Part shown: positions 51,500 to 60,000 of the stretch, piece after piece | How the letters are laid out: each line of letters begins with the position of its first letter | Position numbering within the stretch: position 1 is the stretch's first letter | From: Felis catus | Lineage: Eukaryota | Assembly (NCBI RefSeq): GCF_018350175.1 | Contig: NC_058369.1 | Location: forward strand, 6,016,001-6,076,000 | Direction: 5' to 3' | Length of the DNA: 60,000 bases | The notes under the pieces: generated by a model | Told to the model about the DNA's origin: nothing | Database searches by the model: none | The model's input: the letters and a program-made list of their open reading frames with translations, nothing else | Position numbers and translations under genes: made by a program

Positions 51500-52388
51500 C
51501 CTAGAAAGGCGGCGTCTGACAGAGAGCAGCTCGCGAGGCACGTGAGCAGGCGTCCCAGAGGCCGCAGGAAGCTGGACGTGGCCACTTCCGTAAACGCACC
51601 CCCAGAAATCCACAAGATCCCGGGTTCCGTGAGGAAGCGGTTGGAGCAGGGAAGCCCTGGCACTGGGGGAAGCTGCGGGGCAGAAGCCAGATGGCTGCCC
51701 CGGGGCCTGAACGGGGCCGAGGTTCTGGAGAGTCATGCTTCCGAGAATGCTGATGCTGGAAGTAAAAAAGCGCTGCCTGTCCCGTGTCTGGAAATGTCCT
51801 CTGACACACCCGCCGCCTTCCCGGGACGCCTGCGGAGAGGGGCGCCCCTCCCCGCTCACCCCAGACCCCATCGTAACCGCAGCGTCCGCTCGGGGGCCCA
51901 AGGGTGCACCCGTCGAGGCCCGTGGCTGCTCCAGTGAGCGGCTGCGGGGCAACCCCCCACCCCCAAATCGGTGGCTCCCAACAACAGCCCTCTGCGAGTG
52001 TTCACAATTCCGCGGCGTGGCTGGCGCGGCTCCGTTCCTGGCCCCGCCCGGAATGAGCGGGTTCGTTGGATTCGGAGGACAGAAGAGCTGGAAGGGCCAA
52101 GCGGCCGCTGGCCGGTCCTCGCCGCCCCTCAGCCTCCAGGCGCCGAGCCAGGCTCCCCGACTTGGCAGCCGGCGGCGTGAAGGCGGCAAGGCGGAAGCCC
52201 CAAGGCATGCTGGGGCCCGACCTGGCCAGTCACGTGCCGCCGCCGCCGCCCACCGATTGGTTAAAGCGAGTCACGGGGGTGACGCCCATTCCCGAGGGGC
52301 GGAGAATAGACGCCGCCTCCGGTTGGGAGGAGTCACGGTCGCGCAGAGGCCGGTGTGCCCAGGTGGGGGAATTAGTGTCCAGGATTTT

Positions 52389-52429
<41 letters not shown>

Positions 52430-53000
52430 TTTTTTTTCAACGTTTATTTATTTTTGGGACAGAGAGAGACAGAGCATGAACGGGGGGAGGGGCAGAGAGA
52501 GAGGGAGACACAGAATCGGAAACAGGCTCCAGGCTCTGAGCCATCAGCCCAGAGCCCGACGCGGGGCTCGAACTCACGGACCGCGAGATCGTGACCTGGC
52601 TGAAGTCGGACGGTTAACCGACTGCGCCACCCAGGCGCCCCGGCCAGGATTTTTCAAGTAGAGGCCGTCTCGTGTTATCGTCGTCTTGCTGGTCATACTT
52701 TTTGCTCACCATCCCCTCCCCCCCAGGGAAACGAGCCACAAATCAACAATTCTTAAATCTTTTCTGGCCGACGCTCTCCCCGAACGTGGATAATTCCATT
52801 CACTCGGGGTCCCGCTTGACCTTGGATGGCAACGACGGCGAGCCGATGATAATGGCACCGGCCAGAACAGCTACCTCTGACGCGTCCCTGCCAGGCCGAG
52901 TGAGTTACTCCGCGGATCTCTGGACGCAGACCAGGAGTCTTGGGGTCACCTCAGAAGCAGAGTTTAAGAACGTGAAAATGTGTCCTTTCCCTGGGCGGTG
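51500..53000. promoter_or_regulatory. Orphan CpG island with promoter-type motifs, interrupted by a young SINE
   Basis: High CpG density. ETS CACTTCCG near 51583, GTCACGTG near 52229, CCAAT (GATTGG) near 52255, GGTGACG near 52278, GGGGCGG near 52296. No recognisable coding exon. Confidence 0.7.
52387..52641 (-). mobile_element. Young felid SINE (SINEC_Fc type) inside the CpG island
   Basis: Long T tract and diagnostic ggcgcagtcggttaa..cttcagccaggtcacgatc. TSD ccaggatttttc at 52379 and 52644. Confidence 0.92.
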
Positions 53001-53469
53001 ATTCTAGAGGCCCCGGGAGGAAAGTAGGGAAATGGGACTGGGATGGAAAAGAGTCGGTGCTGGGTACTGGGGTGGGCGCTGGGGCTGAATCCCACTGGGC
53101 ATCGCTGGAAGGCAGTTTGGAAGAAGTGGCTCAGAGCTCTCCTAACCCCAGAGCGTTCACTCGCTTGCACTCCCAGCCTGCCCTCCACTTGGGTGAGGGG
53201 GAAAAAACTCTTCAGGCGAAGAATTCCAGGAGATTACAGCGAGAGAGGTCAAAGTCAAGGGGATGTGGATAGCGTGCTGACAGCCCTTTACTACTTCCGT
53301 TTTACCGAGGAGGAATTTGAGGCTTACAATGTCGCCGCCAAGAATCAACCCCAGGTTCCTCTCTCTCCGGAGCCCTGCTCTCTATCGCTCTGCTATACTG
53401 TTTTAGACCTCGGGTTGCCTCTAGTTTAACAACGTTTCAAGCTAATACACAGCCCCCCCAAAATTTTTT

Positions 53470-55185
53470 TTTCAATTGTAAGACCTTGCACCTGACTCAA
53501 AATTAACTCCCAACTGTCTCAAAGACCCAAACGCAAAACCTAACACTGTTAGGAAAAAGCATGGGAGAAGTGTTTGGATTAGGCAAAGATTCCCTAGCTA
53601 GAACGATTCATAAAGCAAGATTCATAAAAGAAAAATGGGTAAATTGGATTTTGTCAGCATTTAAAACTTTGCTCTTTGAAAGCTGCTGTTAAGGGAATGA
53701 AGAGAAAAGCCACAGACTAGGAGAAAAGGTTGGAAAACCTCATATCTGATAAAAGATTTGTTACCAGCATATTCTAACGAACTCTCAAAACAATAAAATA
53801 AGCAACCCATTTTTTTTTTTTAATTAACGATCATTTCTTTTTTAGAGACAGAGACGGAGCACGAGTGGGGAGGGAGCAGAGAGAGAGAGGGAGACGAAGA
53901 ATCTGAAACAGGCTCCAGGCTCTGAGCTGTCAGCACAGAGCCTGACGCGAGCCCGGTGCCCGATGCCCGATGTGGGGCTCGAACTCACAGACCGAACACA
54001 CAGACCGTGAGATCATAACCTGAGCCGAAGTCAGAGGCTTAACCGACCGAGCCACCCGGGGGTCCCAGCAACCCAGTTTTAAAAAACACTCCTCCTTGAA
54101 GTATTTTTATACATGTACAATGAGTGAGCATTAAGGTAGTTATCTTGGATAATCCATTCAAGGAAGCTCTTAATCCAACTTAGCGAAGCCTGTATCCTTC
54201 ACTTCATAGTGACGGAGACACTGGCGGGCACATATTGAGCCGTATTTCTGGAGCAGACTGTGCCAGTCCGAGCAGACACAGCAAGAACGGGAACCCTGGC
54301 CCAGCTTCTTCGGCTCCAGTAAAGCTGCCGGTGACCATCTTGCTCTCTCAGACGCAACGAGGCAATCCGTTTCTTTCAACGGGCAAAAGATCTGAAGAGA
54401 CAGGTCACCAAAGGAAATATTCAGGTGGCAAAGAAACACGTGAAAGGATGCCCCACGTCATGATTCATCAAGGGAACGCAAATGAAAATCACACCGCGCA
54501 CATGACAGAATGGCCCAAATGAAAAAGGCTAACCATGCCATGTCCTGGCAAGAACGAGGAGGAAACGGAACTCTCATCCATTGCCGGTCGGGTTGACACA
54601 CGGCACAGCCACTTCGGAAAATCGTCTTGGCAGTTTCTTAAAAACTGAGACGCACACCTCCCATGTAACGCAACCATCCACTCCTGGGTATATACCCAGG
54701 AGAAAGGAGAGCGTCCGTGCCCGAAAATACTTGCTCCCAGAAGTTCACGGCAGTTTTATTCGTGATCGCCACACCCGGAAACAGCCCGAATGCCCACCAG
54801 CAGGTGAGCGTATAATTGAGCTGGCATATTCAGGCAACAAAATTCTACTCAGCAGTAAGAAGGAAGGAGGTATTAATGCAGCCACATGGATGAATCAAAA
54901 TAATTATGCTGAGCAAACGAAACCAGTCTCGAGAGGCTGTAGGCTGCCATTTCTACAAAATTCCAGAGAAATGCAAGCGAATCGAAAGACAAAAAGCAGA
55001 TCGGTGGTTGCTGGGGGATGATGGGGGGGGGGCTGACCAGGGGGCGCAAAGAAACGTGGGTGGTGATGGGTGCTTTCACGTTCCAGATTGTGATGGTTTC
55101 GTGGGTTTAGTCAAAACCATCCAATTGTACACTTTAAAGGTGGACAGCTTATTGTATGTCAGTGATACCTCAACAAAACTTTGTT
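53470..55185 (+). mobile_element. Old L1 ORF2 end/3' UTR, interrupted by a SINE (about 53810-54066) and the RPS29 retrocopy
   Basis: aaagccacagactaggagaaaa..atctgataaaag, ggaactctcatccattgc..ttggcagtttcttaaaa and ccaattgtacactttaaa. Confidence 0.8.
54087..54362 (-). pseudogene. RPS29: RPS29 processed pseudogene inserted in an L1
   Basis: ATG at 54338 preceded by an RPS29-like 5' UTR (cctcgttgc...gagagcaagATG). Translation includes [39 protein letters not shown], stop at 54170-54172. Frameshifted and intronless. Confidence 0.92.
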
Positions 55186-56571
55186 TTCAGGCACTTGAGA
55201 AAGTTAATCAAAATATTTCAAGTTAAAAATAATCACAACATTTGGGGCGCCTGGGTGGCTCAGCCGGCTAACTGTCTGACTTTGGCTCAGCTCATGAGCT
55301 CGTGATGTGTGACTTTGGGCTTGGGATTCTCTCTCTTGCCCTCTCTCTGCCCCTTCCCCATCTGTCTCCTACATGGCCACAGAAACGTAAGGAATTGGGT
55401 TGACAAAAGCTTTATCACCTGTTGATGGTAACGATGAAGAAATGGGGTACCAAGAGAGTAAGTGCTTTGCCTGAGGTTATCTGGCTCATAGGTGAGATTT
55501 TATATCTTACTCTGTACGAGGCCCATTTTCTCCCACTGAAATGATTTCCTCTCGGCTCAGGATTCTTATTTAGAGAGACCAAGCACCAATGACAGACCCC
55601 AGGTACCCACCGAAGCCCTCGTCTCACCCTTCACTCAGCCAGATTCTCTCCATGGTCTCAAAGTCACTGCTTCCGGAAACATGCTAAAAGCACCCCCAAA
55701 CAGTGAGGACAGCCGTTCATTTAAGGTAAGTCTGCTTTCGAGAAAGCCCTGCCTGGCCACGAAGCTGTCCACTTTGACCCAGTGGTAGAATATTGCTACC
55801 ATATTTATGGAAAGTTCAATGGGGACTTGGTCTACACGTCTGTTGGAGAGATTCCGCTCCAAGAATTTGCTGCACATTTCCAGATGTCTGACCCCACTTT
55901 TCCTGCTGCATTTATCAAGAGCCCGGCACCTCTGGCTGAATTTTGTGCACCAAACTCTCTTAGATTCCTGTTCCCTTCCTGATTCTCAGTTTTCCTTTGC
56001 CTTCTCAAAAAAAAAAAAAAAAAATCCTCTGTCTTTTCATCGTTTTTTGTTTAAGTTTATTTACTTTGACAGAGACAGAGAGAGTGCGAGCAGGGGAGGG
56101 GCAGAGAGAACCCCAGGCAGGATCTGTGCTGCCAGTTCGAGCCACCGGTGGGGCTTGAACCCACAAAACTGTGAGATGAGCCGAAACCAAGGGTCTGACG
56201 CTCAACCGACTGAGCCACCCAGGCGCCCCTCTCTGTCTTTTCGTCTTACTTTATCATGTGTGTCTCTCTCACGTCTTTCTGGAACAAGGTAGGGAAGTGG
56301 GCAGCAAATACAATTTTTAAATAACATGCGGATAATGTTTGTTATTTCTGAGGGTTGTTGAGAGGATTTGGGAAGGTGGAGTGTGTTTCTGCATCTACCA
56401 GGGGGACTGGAATGAAGGAAGTACTCGATAAAAAAGATAACATTTGTCCCCCTCAGTGAAGGGCACTTATGCCCCAGCCCTGGCACCCCGCCCCCGGCAC
56501 CCCAAGCCTTTTATACTGCTTGACTTAATCTTCTTTTTTTCATGACACTAAGAGCTTGTTTATATATGACA

Positions 56572-56745
56572 TTAGGGTTCTCACCCTCAGCATTATGGAC
56601 ATTGGGAGTCGATGGCTTTTTGCGGGGGGCGGGGGGTGTCCTGTGGGTGTCCTCCACCCACCACCTACTGTGAGAGTCACGAATGTCTCCAGACATGGCC
56701 GCAGGTCTCCTGGGAAGCATAATCGCCCCCGGTCAAGAACCACGA
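56572..56745. mobile_element. MER20-like DNA transposon
   Basis: ggttctcaccctcagcattatggacattggg...aatgtctccagacatggc...cccccggtcaagaaccac. Confidence 0.7.
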
Positions 56746-57423
56746 GGCTACACAACTTAACTTTCCCGTTATGTTCATTATTGCGTTGTCTGTCCCTCTC
56801 TACCCCCATCTGGAATGCTTGCTCTGAGGAGGAAGGAATTTGCTTGTTTGGGTGGGGCACTGATGTGCGCCCGGTTCCTAGATTGATGCCTGGCCCAAGG
56901 TAGGTGCCCAATATTTATTGAAAGAGTGAACATTTGGTGGGCTTTGTGCTCAGGGGTGGACGTGCACAAGCTCACGTCTTTATCTTGACATCCCTCGGGG
57001 GGAGGCCATGTCACTCTCCCTCACTGTCCCCCTTTGCACAGAGGAGAGAAGCTGAGGCTTCCAGAAACTACACACATACATCCCCACTCACCCAATGCAG
57101 AAGCTTAGCTGGCCACCACCCAACAGATGTCCGTGTTCTCCCTTCTGGCCAAGAAGGATTGAATCAAGGTCAAATCGGGGGTCAAATCCAGCCTCCAGGC
57201 ACCTGCAGGGGAGTTGAGGAAGGAAGCTGAGCTGGCCTGGAGGGCCAGGCCTGAGGAGACTTTCTCAGGGCCAGAACTTGGCTGGGTTCAACCTGCTCCT
57301 CTTGGGAAGGGGTCTGGCCCCCACACCTGTAAGAGATGGGGGTGAGCTCCAAAATGAAGCCCCCAGTATCCTTAGAGAGATGTTGCTGCAGCTACCAGGC
57401 CAGGGAGGGGGGAACTGCGTGCG

Positions 57424-57454
<31 letters not shown>

Positions 57455-57671
57455 CACTCCCCACCCCTCTCCACTACCCCTCAACACACACACAAACTTC
57501 ACACTTATCCCTAAACCCGCCCAGAACAGAGAGGGCCCTGCACTGTGATTGGTCCAGGAGTCCCTGGTACCAGGAACTGAGAGGAAGGAGATGGAAAGGA
57601 AGGAAAAGAGTAGGCGGGACCAGCAGGGGGCTACATTTCTATCTATGCCCAGGGCTGGGCGCCTGCTCACC

Positions 57672-60000
57672 ATGGACACTGCCGGGTACAGCAAGTGGGA
57701 CAGCAGGCTCGAGGAAGTCCCTGGAGGTATGAGCAAAAGACAGCCTCCCCGGCCCCCTGGGGTCTCTCAGGCCAGAGGTTTGGGGTTTGATGGGAGAAGG
57801 GAGGGGAACAGCCAAGAGCGGGGCCATGCAGTGGGTGCAGAAGAGACATCACAGGCGCCAGAACCAGCCGGACCTGGGTTCAGATTCTAACTCTGCCACT
57901 TAGAAGCTGTGTGACCATGAGCAAGTTGCTTTGTCTCTCTGAATCTCGGTTCCCTGGGAGGAACCCAAGCACCCAGGGCTCTGTCCTTGGAGGGCCAGAG
58001 ATCCAGGGCAGTACTGGTGCAGGAGGGACCCACGGAGCCCATCTGTGTTATCCCAGGGCACTGGGGACGCTGGGGACGGAGACTCCTCTTCCTGGCCCTG
58101 GTGCTGGTGGCAGCCTTAGCCCTGTGGGCCCTCATTCTGAGCATCCTATTTTCTAAGGGTGAGTGACCGCGTAATGAGGCCCCCCGGGGGGGGGGGGGCA
58201 TAGACCTTCCCTCTGTCTCAGGACGCCCCCAGCTGGGTCCTGGACCCCTGTCTGGGTCGGGGGTGTGAACACGTGTGAACAGAGTTTGTGCATGTCTTTG
58301 GGCTGTGTGCACCCACCTGTGTATGCATATGCGTGCATGTCTCTCCTCGGCGTGTGTGTCTGTGTGTGTGTGTGTGTGTGTGCACATCACGTGCGCTGTG
58401 CGCCTGCCGGTCCCTTCTGTGCGTCCGGAGATGGGAGCTCCTGCACCCCCTGGGCAAGGGGAGAGTTCCGGAGGCCCCGGCCCCGCCTGCAGGAGCCTCT
58501 CTCCACAGCCTCCACAGAGCGAGGGGCGCTGTTCGGCCACCAGGACCTGCTGAGGACAAACGGTGCGTGCAGAACGGTGACTCGGTGACTCTTAGCGCCT
58601 CCCCCCCCCCCCCAGATGTGAGGGCCGGGAGTGTCTAGGACCCTGGAGACAGGGTAGTGGGTGGGTGAGGACCCCTTCGGTCCCAGGGGTTGGCCCCGGA
58701 GTGGGGGAGGGTGTCCTGTTTGAGTCCCCGCAGATGACCTGGAGTGTGTGGGGGGCGTGCGGGGGTCATTCCAGCCTCGAAGCAGAAGGCGGCGCTGGGT
58801 GTTTTGAACGCGGAGGTCCGAGCCTGCAACAGCTGCTGTAAGACGTGTGTGCTGGGGGCGGGGCTTGGGCCGGGATTGGAGGCGGCGAGCCGGGATGGTC
58901 TGTGGCAGGTGGGGGCGGGGCAGGTTGGTCACCGACGTCCCGCGCCTATCCTCCCCCCGTCCTTCCCAGGCTCGGGGACACAGACGCTGCTAGAGAAGGC
59001 ACGCGCGGAGCTGGGGGAGGCGCAGGCGAAGCTGATCGAGCAGGAGAGTGCCCTCAAAGAACTGAGCGATCGCGGTGAGAGCTGGACATTGCCTCGACCC
59101 CTGATCCCTCACCCGGGCTGTCACTCGACCCTTGATTCACATACTAACACCTATTCTGAAGAGGGTTACCGCGACCCTATCCTGTGATCCTGACCTCTGA
59201 CCGCTGGACTCTGATCTCGACTCCAACTCCTAACCCCAAGCGCAACTTGGCCCCAACCAGCTGTAACAGTCCTTGACGGTGATGTCATTCTTGACCATGA
59301 CCATGACCCCGGACGTGGATGCTGACTTTTACCTAATCATGACCCTACTCCCGACCCTGACCTGAGCCATAATCTGGGCTCCCTTGACCTCGCAGTGACC
59401 CAGAGCTTGGCTGAAGCGAGCAGGGACCGCGAGGACATCCGCAGTGAGCTCTTCAGGGCTCTGGAGGCCGCCCGGCTGGGGAACAGTGAGCAAGACAGAG
59501 GGGAGAGAGGAGGGGACAAGTGGACCCTACGTGTGGGCCTCGGGATGCGCCCCGTCCTGCCCTTTGACCTTGGCCTGTTCTCTGTGGCTCCGCCCCTAGA
59601 CCTCGGGGGTCCACCTCCCCCCAGTTTTTTTCCCCCGTCTGCTCTACCCCGGGGGCAATTCACCTCTTTGACCTTCGCCATCCCACAGGCTCCTGTGAGG
59701 AGTGCCCCGCATCGTGGCTGCCCTTCCAGGGCTCCTGCTACCTTTTCTCCATCCTGCGGGCCACGTGGGAGGAGTCGCAGCGCAACTGCGCGGGCTCCGG
59801 CGGACATCTGGTGATAGTGGGGGACCTGGAGGAGCAGGTGGGCAGTCCCCCCCACCCCAGGTCCCAGGAGGGAGGCGGAATTCACCTGAGGGGGCGGGGC
59901 CTGGGAGGGGCGGGGGCGAGGCGGACCCCGCGGGCTCAGTGTCCTTCCCCGCGCAGGGCTTCCTGAGTCGGAACACGCGCGGCCGCGGTTACTGGCTGGG
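57672..60000 (+). CDS. CLEC4G: CLEC4G (LSECtin), 3' truncated by the window. Exons: 57672-57726, 58057-58158, 58509-58562, 58775-58837, 58970-59074, 59396-59485, 59689-59837, 59957->60000
   Basis: MDTAGYSKWDSRLEEVPGG / HWGRWGRRLLFLALVLVAALALWALILSILFSK / ASTERGALFGHQDLLRTN / ASKQKAALG..ACNSCC / ..ELGEAQAKLIEQESALKELSDR / VTQSLAEASRDREDIRSELFRALEA / CEECPASWLPFQGSCYLFS / GFLSRNTRGRGYWLG. GT-AG introns with consistent phases. Confidence 0.95.

Larger units (their letters stand above)
9985..56229. repeat. Dispersed CanSINEs, about 45 copies in both orientations (summary entry)
   Basis: Approximate starts include 9985, 12631, 13000, 14550, 16331, 17798, 20343, 22711, 22964, 25266, 32685, 33315, 37001, 38290, 41915, 42148, 42536, 43181, 44053, 48010, 48876, 49761, 50537 and 56042. 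Confidence 0.9.

Noticed and set aside
51371..52661. 272-aa and 308-aa ORFs in the orphan island
   Set aside because: Low-complexity GC-driven ORFs that extend into L1 and SINE sequence.
57645..57671. In-frame upstream ATG adding 9 aa to CLEC4G
   Set aside because: Weak Kozak context and probably very near the TSS; accATGG at 57672 matches the known N-terminus.
1..60000. CRISPR arrays, rRNA or prokaryotic systems
   Set aside because: The DNA is mammalian and no such structures were seen.

Overview
Mammalian, felid (cat-like) genomic DNA, judged from about 48 tRNA-derived CanSINEs including near-identical SINEC_Fc-type copies. It covers the C-type lectin cluster syntenic to human 19p13.2. 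From left to right: (1) the CpG-island promoter and first exon of a minus-strand gene at about 6.2-7.7 kb, probably EVI5L (synteny only). (2) A repeat-dense interval with L1, MaLR, nested LTRs and a decayed coding-like segment. (3) An intact 8-exon DC-SIGN/CD209-family gene at 28284-31403 (+), 254 aa, with EPN and WND motifs. (4) A disrupted second CD209-family gene at 39639-41671 (+), whose exons resemble human CD209/CLEC4M more closely than the intact gene does. (5) RPL11 and RPS29 retropseudogenes. (6) An orphan CpG island at about 51.5-53 kb. (7) CLEC4G/LSECtin exons 1-8 from 57672 (+), running off the window end. Most notable are the pseudogenised human-type DC-SIGN beside the intact SIGNR7/8-like gene, a SINE palindrome whose spacer appears to have flipped, the orphan promoter-like island, and a regional AT-to-GC substitution bias. 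I found no wholly new multi-gene system. All homology calls come from recalled sequences aligned by eye; no database search was run, and repeat boundaries are approximate.
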